Assembly (NCBI GenBank): GCA_973895155.1
Contig: OZ316899.1
Span: forward strand, 11,213,675 to 11,277,674
DNA length: 64,000 nucleotides
Reading direction: 5' to 3'
From: Marsupella aquatica
Lineage: Eukaryota; Plantae; Marchantiophyta
Within the stretch, counting starts at the first letter, position 1. Every line of letters starts with the position of its first letter. The notes below the pieces were generated by a model. That model searched no databases, was not told where the DNA came from, and was given only the letters and a program-made list of their open reading frames with translations. This document shows, piece after piece, positions 1 to 11,757 of the stretch. Position numbers and translations under genes: made by a program.

Positions 1-951
1 TATGTGATCTCTCACAAGAGTGCGCAAGGTAGGATATATCAATGGCATGGTGATGACAATTAAATATCCATCGATCAACACCATAAGCAGAGTGATCATA
101 GATTTCTCTATCACAAGCATAACCCTCTGCTTGACGATCTTTCAAGCAATGATAGTGCCACATAGTGGGACACCTAGCATAGTGGACTATGTTAGCCCAG
201 TACTCATCATCATGCTCACCACATGCCTTGCACCTATGAAGTGGGCAAGCTGTGGCATGAGCAGACAAACACTCAAAACAGAAAAACCTCACACAAAAAC
301 GGTCTGAACATTTCCTAACATCTGGTGCAGCATCAATAGAGCCCTCATAGGACCCCAACTTCCCACATTGTGCACACTTAGCCTGCTTCTCCAAACAATC
401 AGTGCACATTCAGTCTCCCTGGTGTGTTGATGGGAGGCCCACCCCTGGACAGTTGTTTTCTACAACAAGGTCAGACTCCGGGTTGAGGTGGAAATGCCTC
501 ATGCAAGGGCCCTCACAGATGACCAAGCTCCCACCATTGTCACAAATGGCACAACAATGAGCTGCCTTCTGGAAAATCTGACTTGCGGAGAAGTTAGTAA
601 CATGTGGCCCAGGTACACCTGTGTTGCTCACCTCTGTCACACAATTTTTTGCTGGAATTTTGGGGCATGCCATGCCTATGCATGAGACAGACAGTACAAT
701 TAAGTAGATGGTACAGGCAATACATTTTAGGAGACTATAGAGACAATACATTTTAGCAGATTTTAGCAGAAAGTAAAATTTAGCATTAAGGTACAAAGGC
801 ATTTGCAAAGTCTGCAATGAATTGGAATGGTCACACAAGGATGCAGAGAAGACATACTTTTGGTGTGTTGAGCCCACACACAAAACTGATCCCCTAGTAC
901 AATTGCTCCACCAAAACCTCAATTTTGTGGGAATGATTCACCAAAGGAGAT
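1..951 (-). pseudogene. EDM2/NSD-type multi-PHD-finger protein (exons ~951-858 and 675-<1); in-frame TGA at 410-412
   Basis: Reading through the TGA gives HCCAICDNGGSLVICEGPCMRHFH...CPGVG...*MCTDCLEKQAKCAQCGKLGS...VRKCSDRFCVRFFCFEC...CPLHRCKACGE...ARCPTMWHYHCL...WIFNCHHHAID, the Cys/His pattern of the tandem PHD cassette of plant EDM2. GTATGT donor (857) and ATAG acceptor (676) join in frame. Confidence 0.8.
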
Positions 952-1416
952 CTACAACAACATTTCATGCATTTGAATCACATACAATAGTTGTGACATG
1001 TAAAACAAACATTTTTTGAAGAGAATTGGTATCAAGCAGTGTGATAAGGGTTGTAATTTATACACCCTAAATAGGCTATGATAGTGGCTGAGACAAATAA
1101 GTCAGGCATAAATCACATTTTGCAGGTTATCATGGCCCATTAATTCATTGAATGTTGAAATGTTCACCAAGTTAAAGCAGTCACGAAAGCAGTCTTTGAA
1201 TAGAGACTTTTTAGTGAGCTTGCTAGCCTCTTAAATTAGGATATTATACTTAGTGCAACCATAATAGGATAAGTTATGTATTGTTGGCCCTAAAACCTGG
1301 ACCCAAAATTGCTCATACATCAAAATTTTAAGTAAATATCCTTTGTGTTGAAGTCAAAGTGTTAAGTTATAGGTCAATGGTCTCTAGTCTGTGCATGCGG
1401 TGTGACAAGTGGTCCT

Positions 1417-1908
1417 CTAGAGTGTGTGATCCAAATATGTGTAGACACCAAAGTCATCGGGGGTGGGGTCTGGGAGGGCAGGACAAGTGACATCACCAGG
1501 CACACTGCAGGATGGCGAGTGGTTCCAGATGATACATTGTGCTCTGTGCAAATACCGACATCCAAGAGAACGGTCATCCAACTCTGGGCCAGAAGCCCTA
1601 TAGACAGGACAGTCATATTGGCAAATATGCACACATCCTTGGCACCTAATTTGTGGTGGGTCATGTACAAGAGACACAAATACCAAGGATGTCGGGAAGG
1701 GTATTGAAGCAGGTAGAGGCCGGCTGTCACAACAACACAATGACCCTCTTTTGCAAAACACCCTCCCTCGCATGCAACAAAGGAAACAATATCGGCCAAC
1801 TCCTTGTTGCGAAACGTCGCGCATCTCAACATCTTCGCTCTTTTCCATGCCCACACCTTCGCAACCGGACCTTCGCAAAAGCTTTGCACTTTGCGACTCT
1901 TTTAACAT
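1417..1908 (-). CDS. Cys-rich ORF, possibly an upstream exon of the PHD gene or a separate cargo gene
   Basis: 163-aa ORF with CFLCC, FCKRGSLCCCD and CQGCVHICQYDC; same strand as and upstream of the PHD exons; no family recognised. Confidence 0.3.
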   Translation of the reverse strand: MLKESQSAKLLRRSGCEGVGMEKSEDVEMRDVSQQGVGRYCFLCCMRGRVFCKRGSLCCCDSRPLPASIPFPTSLVFVSLVHDPPQIRCQGCVHICQYDCPVYRASGPELDDRSLGCRYLHRAQCIIWNHSPSCSVPGDVTCPALPDPTPDDFGVYTYLDHTL

Positions 1909-2210
1909 CGCACAACTACGATGCCATACCTAACGCAATATTTGCGAAGCAGGAACTATGGGCGCGTTTGCGATTTTCCCAGAAACGCTAACGTAGCGAT
2001 GCTAAAATCATCGCCAGTTTGCGATTCAAGATACATTGGTAAATTGCGAGCAATTATTTCTCTCAATACTGCGATACATTTATGTTCGCTACATTTGCAA
2101 AATTAAACACATCTCAAACGTGCGGAAATCGTGTGTTCGCATATTTGTGATTCAAAAAATGTCGCAAAATTTGCGAGGATGAGCGTTTAGAACGTTTTGC
2201 GATGGTTGTG
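1800..2210. repeat. Cluster of TTGCGA/TCGCAA motifs (same motif as the CACTA subterminal repeats)
   Basis: Copies near 1807, 1890, 1941, 1967, 2018, 2043 and 2196, and a palindrome TCGCAAAATTTGCGA at 2162-2176. Confidence 0.75.
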
Positions 2211-3371
2211 TCTTGGCTATTTGAGATGACAGCTGGTTCTCAACGGTTTTGCAAAAGGTATTTTTGAAGTATTAGGGTATAATAGGGTTTAATAGTGGTT
2301 TAGGGAGACAATTCATACAGTTGAAGGAGGGAGAAAAGGGATGTAGGTAGACCGGAATGCCGCGATTAAAATGGCATTACTCAAAAAGTACAAAAGTTAC
2401 AAAATGGAAGGGTAAGACCCCTTAGCTAAAAGTTGCATGTCCATGCTAATCCCCCTATACATGTGAACTACCTAAGTCTCTAGGGTAATCTAGGCACCTA
2501 TCTAGATAGAGCTAGAAAGGAGAGTTCCTGCCCCTCCTTGACTTCTTCCCCTTGGCCTTCTCCTTGCCCTTGCATGCTCTTGGGGGGGGGGGCCTCCTCC
2601 TCCTCTTGGTCTCCCTCCTCATCCTCATCCTCATCCTCATCCCCATCACCACCACCATCCCCATCACCATCACCATCCCCAACCCCATCCCCTACCGCAC
2701 TACCACTCGCAGCACCAGTGGAGTGTGCTGATGCAAATGACTGCTCTCCAATGCTAGTTGGCCTGACTCGACTAGCAGGAGCAGTACTCCCCTCCCCTGT
2801 CCCCTCCTCATCCTCATTGCTACTATCACCCTCGGTATGGGAGTCACCATCATCATCCAGTCTCTGTTACATTAGCAAACCAGCCATGCATTAGTCATAT
2901 AGAACCTTACAATTAAGTGCATGACATAAGAGGGAATTTTTCATAAATGCAATCAACACATTAACCTGAAATTAACGCTCACCAATAATTGATCAACTTG
3001 CCGAAAGAGATGCTCCTTCCCATGTTTCTGGCCCACCTCCATCTCAGCCGCTGTGATCTTCCTCTAGTACCTCTTGTACTAACCAAAACAAAAACCGGCA
3101 CAATTGGTCAAAACCAAGCAATAACAGCAAACCAAAATGCCTTAAAACAATTAGAGCGGTTAATTAGGTGCTGGTGGGGTTGGGGCTTAGGTTGGGGGGT
3201 GGTTTTACAAGGGTGGCATGGGGGCTTACGACCCTCAAACAACACTTGAACGTTTTGAAATTTTCAAAAATTCAAATTTTTGAAATTTGCGAAGTCTCCA
3301 GCTTCGCAAACGTAAGGGAAAACTAGGTTGCAAAAGTAATTGAGATGCGCGTGGCTTCGCAAGGGCATCGC

Positions 3372-3518
3372 TGTTATGAATACACAAGATGATAGTAGTC
3401 AATAATCCCCACTCACTTCCATTATGCCAAGGACTTATATAGTCCAGAAGGGTTAACATGGTTGGGTTAATGTTAACCTATCCTATACTAGGGTTAAGTC
3501 ATATTATGGGTTATAACA
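3372..3518 (-). repeat. 3' LTR of copia-1 (147 bp); PPT AAGGGGAAG at 3519-3527
   Basis: Identical by eye to 9018-9164. Confidence 0.97.
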
Positions 3519-3857
3519 CTTCCCCTTGGTTACTTGGACGGGGTGTCAAGGAACCACACATTTAACCCTAGTTTAAAAGTGGGAGTCACTTATGATGTAG
3601 CCTCATCAAACCTTGCTGCTTTCCTCTCAAGGAAGAGTACTACCATCATTACAATTTGTGGTCCCTAATTCAGAAAGTCTCTAATGTGTATGCTCTAAGT
3701 CTAAAAGTAGCCTATTACTGTCTAAGCCAGTGGGCTAAGAGTAAGTAAGCGTTTATTTGTTACTCTAGTCGGGGTAGTATTGTATTCATGACGGGGGAAC
3801 ATGTGTCTCTCTGTAAACTGTTCGTTAGATACTATGATTTAGTAGTTTGTCGAGGTT

Positions 3858-6800
3858 CTACTTCGATTTTGCGTTGGCTGTGTGTTCGTGTCGGGAGTTG
3901 TCGTTAGTCGAGGAGGTTAGGGAGGAGAGACGATGCATTCCAATGGCGCTGACGTGCTTTCGATGTGTAGTCGCTGGTAGCGGCTTGGTGAAGAGGTCGG
4001 CGCAATTGTCTTGTGAGCTTATCCACTTTACTTGTATTTGCTTTCCGCTGTGTTCGTGCGTAAAGAAAAATTTCGGGTCTATGTGCTTGGTTCGATCGGT
4101 CTTCATGTAGCCTGTAACTATCTGGTCGACGCATGCCCTATTGTCCTCGTAGATGGTGGTTGGATTTGTGAGTAAGGTTTTTCCTGTCTGTTTGAGTATA
4201 TGTGTGATTATACTACGGAGCCAAATCGCTTCGCGGCATGCCTCATAGAGGGCAATTACTTCGGCGTGATTCGATGACGTTGTGGTTAGGCTCTGCTTCG
4301 TGCTTCTCCAAGATATGGCGGTTTTACCCTGCAAGAAGACGTATCCTGTCTGCGACTTTGAATCTTGGGGGTCTGAGAGGTATCCAGCGTCCGCGTATCC
4401 TGTAAGTTCATCCTCGCTTTCGTTGGGGAAGAATAGTCCCATGTCAATTGTTCCTTGGAGGTATCGGAATACTCGTTTTATGCCGTTCCAGTGGCGTATT
4501 GTCGGGTGCGCGCTATGTCGTGCGAGGAGGCTCACTGCAAAGGATATATCCGGTCGGGTGTTGTTGGCCAGGTAAAGGAGGGCTCCGATAGCCGATAAGT
4601 ATGGCTTATCTGAATCTAGTATTGGTTCGTTGTCCTGTCTTTGCCTGAACATGTCCTTCGCAGTGTCTAAGGATCTCAGCTCCATTGGTGTTGATACCGG
4701 GTATGCCTTTTGCATATTGAATTGTTGGAGGATTTTGTTTGTATAGGTAGACTGGCTAATGAATGTGCCTGTCTGTAGGTGATCGAACTGAAGGCCGAGG
4801 CAGTAAGTCGGTTCTCCCAGTTCTTTCATCTCGAAAATGCCCTTCATTGTGTTGATTGTTTGTCGTAATAGTCGTTGTGTACCGAAGAGATTAATGTCAT
4901 CGACATATAGCGCTAACACGACGAACTCTGTGTCTACTCTTTTGATGAATATACAGGGCGCTATGTCTTCTGTAATAAATCCGAGTGCTTGTATTTCGGT
5001 TTTAAATTTCTGGTACCATATACGGCCGCTTTGTTTCAGGCCGTTTATGGATTTCAATACTTGCACAGCAAATGCCTGCTATCCAGTCCTTCGTTTTCCG
5101 GGGTACTGGAGTGGTGCTTTCTGTGTGTTGCCACTGCTCAACACAAGGCCTTTACAATCATCATTAGGGATAATCTGGTCAATTTCCGACTTCATATCCT
5201 TGCTCAGGTTCGGGTATTGCTTCCCCTGAATGTGTTCTGCCACTCTTTCGAGTAATTCCTTTGGTGCTTTCATATGAATTTCGGAGTCTAAGACTCCATA
5301 TAGGTATGCCGTTACTACGTCCATAAGGATATTGCATAACTGGTGTTTGCGAGAGAAAGCAATTAAATACCTGAATGTCGTCACGTCCATTACTGGTGAA
5401 TATGTTAGATCATAGTCCCTGTCTGGGATCTGGGTGTATCCTTTTGCTACTAACCGCGCTCTGTATCTGATAACATCACCTTTTGCATTTCGCTTTTTAA
5501 TGAACGTAAATCGGCTGTCTGTATAGTCATTGTTAGGATCAACTTGTTTGACTGGTCCGAAGACTTGTCGACGGATTAGTGCATCCATTTCTGTGTCAAT
5601 GGCCTCTTTCCAGTGTGGCCAATCTGACCTTGTTTGTGCTTCTTTGATTGTTAAAGGGTCCGAAGTATCATTGGTTATTTCTTGAGCTATATGGTAAGCA
5701 AATTGTTCGTCGACAGTAGTGTTTTGTCTCGTGTAAATTTGTCCTGTATGCTTATACTGAATTGACATCTCCTCATTACCCGATATGTCTGGTGTCTCGG
5801 ATTCATTATTAATGAAGTGAAAAGTAGTTTCAGGAATTACCTGATGGGGGCGTCTTTGGCGGGGTCGGGTATCATGTGATCCTGGTGGCCTACCTCTTTT
5901 CGCCTTAGGGGCAGCTACTGTTGCTGGAGGAGTATTCATTTGTACTCTGGCTGGTACATTGGTTGCCTCGTTGTGGGATTTTGTAACATTTGCTGCATCA
6001 TTAAATGCATCTGGGATCTTATCCAGCATCTCGTGGAGGTGGAGTAATCGTCTAACTTCTGCATCCGTTTGTTTCGTCCTCGGGTCCTGGTTGAGTAAGT
6101 TTCTGCTGTTCCAGTTGATCTTGTGTGGGTGCAAGTCCCCTGTCATTTGTTTGTCTATGCTTAGGGTGGGAAAAGTGTCTTCGTAAAAATGACAATCTGT
6201 ATGTCTGGCCTTAAACACATCGGCTGTTGTCGGTTCCAGGTAGCGAATGATCGAGGATGAGTCATTTCCGATGTAGATTCCTTCTTGTCTTTGAGGTCCG
6301 ATTTTTGTACGCTTGGGTCCCAGTATTGGGACCATGACTTTGCATCCAAATACCCGCAGGTGTGACAGGTCTGGAGGTAGTCCGAACGCTAAGTGGTGTG
6401 GAGTCTTTGTGTTGAACGCCGATGGTCTGTATTGAAGCAGTGTGGCAGCATGGAGGACTGCGTGTCCCCATGTGGATAGGGGTAACTTTGAATTCATTAA
6501 CAGGGGTCTGGTTATCATCTGTATATGCTTGATAACGGATTCTGCCATTCCGTTTTGGAAATGGACATATGGGACTGAGTATTCAGTGTCAATGCCCGCT
6601 GCCCAGCAAAACTCATCGAATGCTTTTGAGGTGAATTCCCCTGCACCATCCACTCTCAGTTTCCGAATTGGATGTTCTGGGAATTGTGCTTTAAGCTTTA
6701 GAATGTTGGCCAGTATCCTAGCGAAGACCAAGTTGCGTGTAGAGAGTAGAGATACTTGCAGCCATTTGGTCGAAGAGTCGATGATGGCCAGGAAATACTT

Positions 6801-8471
6801 AAACGGTCCACTTGGTGGGTGGATCGGGCCGCATACATCTGCGTTCAGGTGTTCCAGGAAGTTCGGGATGGCATAGATTGTCTTCTGTATTTGTGGGCGT
6901 GTAATCAGCTTCCCCTGAGAGCACGCCAGGCATTGCCTTTGTTTTGTTGATGGGTTGACTCCTTGGGGGATTCCACGGGAGTCATGAATAATTCTGCGGT
7001 ACATATTTACTCCGGGGTGTCCCAGTCGACAGTGCCATAAGTATGTGATATCAGGTAAGTCTGCAGTGACATAGTGAGCTTGAATTTGAGTTGCGTAGAG
7101 GCCTGGTGGTATAAGGGGTAAGGTTTCTTTAATATGTATACCTTGTTCGGTAACCTCCACGATTTGGAGGGTATCTTCCTCGTCTGTTTTCACTGTGCGC
7201 AGTTGATATTTATTTGCGACTATGTCTCGGAAGCTGATGAGGTTCCTTGTAGCTCGCGGGGCGAATATCGCTGCTTCGATGGCGAGTGCAGTGCCTCCTG
7301 GGAATATTACCGTGGCTGTGCCTTTACCCTCCTCAATCTGGTTTGTGCCTGAAATGGTGGTCATATGCCGGGCTGATGGGGTAATTGAGTGGAAATATTT
7401 CTTGTCCTTTAGTATTGTATGAGACGTACCGCTGTCAATTATGCCCAGATTGGGGTCTTGTAGTGTGTAGGGTCCTCTTGCTGGAGTTACTATGTGGGTC
7501 TCCACTTCATGAGGTTGTTCGGGGTCTTTGTAGGTGGCTATTGCTTCTTCTAGCTCCATGTAGTTCCCTGCTGGGTTTTGTTTGAGTCTAGCTCTTGATT
7601 CTGTATGTTTCCTGGCTGTTTGGTCCGATGCCCAACAATTTTTCTTCAGGTGTCCTATTTTTCCGCATCGGTAGCACATCCTGTCATCTTTGGTGTTGTC
7701 CGATGCATTATCACTCATCCTGCCTCTGCCGCCTACTCCCCTGCCTCTTGTGTTGTATGATTGTCGATATCCTCGACCTCTGTAGGATTGGTTTCTACCT
7801 CTGCCTTGGTATCCGCCTCTGCCTCTTGGTCGGCCTCGTCCCATGTTATCTCGCTGATAGTAATTTATCTCTGGTTTGTGTGGTGGTGGTTCTGTTCCCG
7901 CAGGTCTTTTTCGGGCGTTTTGCATGGCGACCACCTGTTGCTTCTCTTCTACAAGTAAATGTGCGATAAGATCTGAATATGTGGTGAATTGCATATTTCG
8001 GTACTGTGTACCGAGTGCAATGTTTGATTCGGGGAATGTACTCAGTGTCTTGTCGATCTTATCTGCGTCTGGGACTGGATGGCCGCAGAGTTCTAGTTGA
8101 GAGGTAATTTTAAATAGAGCGTTGTTGTAGTTAGCAATGGAAGTATGATCCATCACTCGTAGGTTGTACCAATCGCGGCGAGCCTCAGGAAGCCATATTT
8201 CGCGCATATGGTCAAATCGGGCCTTTAACTTGTCCCACAGGAGTCGTGGATTGACTTCGTTCATGTATTGGGATTTTAGTGAGGGAACCAAGTGCTGGCG
8301 CAAAAGGAACACGGCCTTGGCCTTCTGTTGTAGAGTCAGATTTTGGTCTGTGATTAATGTATCTTCAAGCTCCAACGATGCGAAGTATGTTTCCGCATCT
8401 ACGGCCCATGTCAAGTAGTTGCTGCCGTCTACTAGTAGGGCTGGGAAATGTAACTTCTCCAATGTCGCCAT
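3858..8471 (-). CDS. Copia gag-pol polyprotein, single frame with one in-frame TAG (5079-5081)
   Basis: Zn knuckle CYRCGKIGHLKKNC, protease IIDSGTSHT, integrase HCRLGH/CLAC plus DDE, RT YGLKQSG and LYVDD, RNase H GYADAGY and YEDN. ORFs 5079-8471 and 3858-5066 share a frame. Confidence 0.95.
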
Positions 8472-9002
8472 GTCTATTTCGCCTGATTTTGGGCCTTATA
8501 AATATATGGTGTTCCTTTGTATCAAATGCCTATGACTTTCGCCTTGTCCCGCCCGATCGATCGGCTGTTGTGATGGATCAAGTTAACCAAAAGAAAGAGA
8601 AACGATAGCGATCCTTTCGCTCAAGGCACGGGACTCATCTGCCCCTTGAATCGCATCCAAATTGTCCCCGATGGAGTTCGTTCGTATGTCCTTGTGTGCG
8701 GTCCTCAAAGTTTTCAGTTTTCGCCAATGTCTTTTATTTTGTTTTTCACGTCTCGTCGCGTTGTCTCCTTCGTTCAAGGTTGAGAATCTTCGCTCGTGAT
8801 TAGGCTCGACGCTCTATGGCCAGTTCTTTGTTCTTCGATCATAAGCTTGTTTTCTCTATTCTCGGGAGGTAGTTAGGCGGTTATTCTCGCCATTAGAGCA
8901 AAAAACACACAACATTGTGTTGTTTTCTTTGTGTGGACCTCGATCTATTGAGTTGTCAGATTTTGGGGAGGGAGCACATGTAAAAAAAATGTAATTGAGC
9001 AA

Positions 9003-9017
9003 GTCGCGCTGATAACG
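9003..9017 (-). promoter_or_regulatory. Primer-binding site complementary to the anticodon arm of tRNA-Ile (half-tRNA priming)
   Basis: Minus strand CGTTATCAGCGCGAC directly after the LTR; plus strand GTCGCGCTGATAACG resembles eukaryotic tRNA-Ile(AAT) GTCGTGCTAATAACG as I recall it. Confidence 0.7.
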
Positions 9018-9164
9018 TGTTATGAATACACAAGATGATAGTAGTCAATAATCCCCACTCACTTCCATTATGCCAAGGACTTATATAGTCCAGAAGGGTT
9101 AACATGGTTGGGTTAATGTTAACCTATCCTATACTAGGGTTAAGTCATATTATGGGTTATAACA
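9018..9164 (-). repeat. 5' LTR of copia-1 (147 bp)
   Basis: Identical to 3372-3518; followed by TSD ATCGC. Confidence 0.97.
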
Positions 9165-10739
9165 ATCGCAAAATTATTTCCAAAAAAGTGAATAACAAGG
9201 TTTGCAAAGCGACGCGCATCGCAAATGCTTTGCAAACTCTGTTATGACGAAAAGTCGAAAGGGAAGCAAATGTACGTGACCTAATCTGACACAACAACTC
9301 CAATTGGAAGTACTTGGTGCCACGGCAGAAAAGAGTTGGGGCATTGCAAGTGTGTTGGAATAGAAATTGGAGGAGTAAGAAGTCAAGAGAGGAGAGGGCG
9401 ATGCACTCACAAATGCTGCTTTGAGGCCGGGGAGGCCACCTTGACCAAGCCTGTGGGTGATGTTGGGCTTTTCTTGGACTCTCTCAACTACCTTCAAGAA
9501 CTTGTTGGGCGGATCTCCCACCTCTGCTACAACCTGCTGCAGTTGGGCCACCTTCTGCTCCATCATCTTCAGGTCACGGTCAGACTTCCCGGCCTCCTTT
9601 GCCTTCCGGGCCTTTGTCAACTTCTCTGTAAATTCATTCAGGACCCTGGCTGCTTTCAACTTCACCTCTGTGGCATAGAAGGCCTGCCAGATATCTTATG
9701 AGAACTGCAGCGGCCTCCCCAAATTCCTGTACTCCTCCAGATCTCTCAAGTGAACCCTGATCTTCATCCTGTCATGGTATCGTGCTTGTGACATGGAATT
9801 TGAGATTTTATCAGCAAGCCACTGTGAATCCATCTCTCCTCCATTTTGGAATGCATCTTTCACCTGATTGATCACTCGCTTCTGCTCTGCCTTGGAGAGA
9901 GTGCCCCACTCGACTCCTCTTGCAAAATTTGTGGACACAATGTGTCTGATTGTGCTCTTGGCCCCATTGTAAGCAAGCTCTGTGGGAATTCCCTCATCCT
10001 CTAATGTAATCAGAGGCAACTTCCTCCTTGCCTCCTTCTTTCTCTGCTCCTCCCTCTATTTCCTGATCAAGTCTCTCTCATATTTCCTCCTCTTCTTTTC
10101 CAAGGCTTGAGGGGAGAGTACTCCGGCCTGAGCTCTCTCATCCCTCTTTCGCTTCTTCTCGATCAGCGGCCTTCTGCTCGGCTGTCCTCCTTTCTTCCTC
10201 CTCTCTTGCTACTTTCCCTGCACTGAGACCAGATTGCAAGGCCTGGCCCAATAACGCACTCAATGATGCAAGCCCTGCTGGAGAGGTGAAATCAATCTAC
10301 TCAACTGCGCAACCGAGAAATGGTCATCCACGATCTTTTGAAGTCAATCCTCCTCCTCTAAGTGGTTGCCTCCGCTGCTGCCAGAAGCTCCTCCATCACC
10401 TCCAGTTCCCCCTCCGCTTGCCATTGCTCCTCCCTCGCCTGCGCTGCTCTCTCCCAAGGCCCAAAAGAAATGGATCCGCCTCATCCGCGCTCGGCAAATG
10501 ATAAGGACAGTAGAGTTAGGGTTTGCGAAGTCATTCGCATTGTAGTTTGCGATGGTTCTACCTTCTCAACCAGCTTCGCAAACGTTATCTTTGTGAAGAA
10601 TACAGCTTTGCAAACGTGTTCGCTATTGGGTTTGCAAAAACCCCCATCTCGCATGTGTATTTTCTGTGAGCAGGGATACTAAGAGGGGTCATAAACATTA
10701 AATTTGGTACAAGTAATTCATTGCATGTGATCATATAAG

Positions 10740-11240
10740 GGTTGGGGGGTTTAAAAGTGCTGACATTGGAGGGTAAGAGGAGGGGTCTTATGTTGCGGCT
10801 TTTGGGTTTGGCCTGGTTGGGGGGGAGTGTTATTTCAGAAGGTTGGGGGTTGTATTGAAAGGTAAGAGACGGGCATTTATATTTTGGCTTTTGGGTTTTG
10901 CCTGGTTGGGAGGGTTTTTATTTTATGAAGGTTGGGTTATGTGTATTGGAGGGTAAATGGAGGGATTTTATGTTTGACGTTTGGTTTGGTTTGGGGAGGG
11001 TTTATTTTATGAAGGTATGTTGGGCTTAGATTGGAGGGTAATATGAGGTGTTTTATGTTTTGGGTTTGGCCAGGGGGATTTCATTTTATGAATGTTTGGC
11101 TTATATGTATTGGAGTAAGAGGAGGTGTTTATGTTTTGGCTTTTGGGGTTTAGGCCAACTTAGGAGGGAAAGACAGGTTCTATTTTCATGGACACTTGGG
11201 TTAATTTTATGGTAATTTATGAGGGCAAGTTCTAAGAGGT
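10740..11240 (+). repeat. Degenerate G/T-rich tandem repeat (~75-90 bp unit) between the divergent CACTA genes
   Basis: Recurring ATTGGAGGGTAA...TTATGTTTTGGCTTTTGGG...TTTTATGAAGG blocks. Confidence 0.7.
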
Positions 11241-11757
11241 TTTTATGCTAACAATTGAGGGGAAAACCCATGTAATCATGATACAGCCCAGGGACATCAC
11301 TACTTCCTCAACTTTTGCCTAATGCATATGCATTGTGGGAACCCGGGCATCTAAAAGGTATAACTGTATGTATGTAGTGTTGTTAGTGGAGATTTTTCAT
11401 AAACCTTGCCATTTTTTGTTTTGCAAGAATATATATATGTGTAACTTATGTTTGGGGTTCCACAACTTGAGAGATGCTAATGACTATCCTAAACTTACAT
11501 TTGGTTTCCAGTATTTTCCTCCTACTTCTAGATTTGGCTCATGTTCATTGAGCCACACGACCTATAGGCACTGTTGAGCCCGGGTCTCATTCAGGTAATT
11601 CACTAACCTAATTCAGGGCTTAGACCATTACAAATTTCCCAAGGGTGACATTGTGATATTTTTGTGCATGACACTCTCCTTTGGGTTTCATGCTAAACAA
11701 AAAAGGGTTTTTGTAGTTTAGTTTTAGGATATTTTTTGGCCAAGAGGGATTCTAATC

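Larger units (their letters stand above)
3372..9164 (-). mobile_element. Ty1/copia LTR retrotransposon (Bianca-like), full length
   Basis: Identical 147-bp TG...CA LTRs (3372-3518, 9018-9164), TSD ATCGC (3367-3371, 9165-9169), PBS, PPT, gag-PR-INT-RT-RH order. Confidence 0.97.
2512..10484 (-). pseudogene. CACTA TnpA-like (Ptta/Transposase_24-type) gene; exons ~10484-9411, 3078-2983, 2863-2512; copia inserted in intron 1
   Basis: Motifs EWGTLSKAEQK, RPLQFS*DIWQAF and THRLGQGGLPGLKAAF. GTGAGT donor at 9410, TTAG acceptor at 3079, GTGAGC donor at 2982 and ACAG acceptor at 2864 all join in phase 0. Last exon is D/E/G-rich with a basic tail; stop 2512-2514. In-frame stops at 10056, 9696 and ~3064; start approximate. 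Confidence 0.65.

Noticed and set aside
2538-2894. Ser/Pro-rich extensin-like ORF on the plus strand
   Set aside because: It is the antisense of the D/E/G-rich last exon of the TnpA-like gene.
5070-5081. Programmed readthrough at the copia-1 TAG inside RT
   Set aside because: Context TAG CAG GCA does not fit CARYYA, and copia-2 is open at the equivalent place; a point mutation is simpler.
3847-8608. Many short plus-strand ORFs over the copia elements (also 52452-56073)
   Set aside because: Antisense shadows of gag-pol with no independent motifs.
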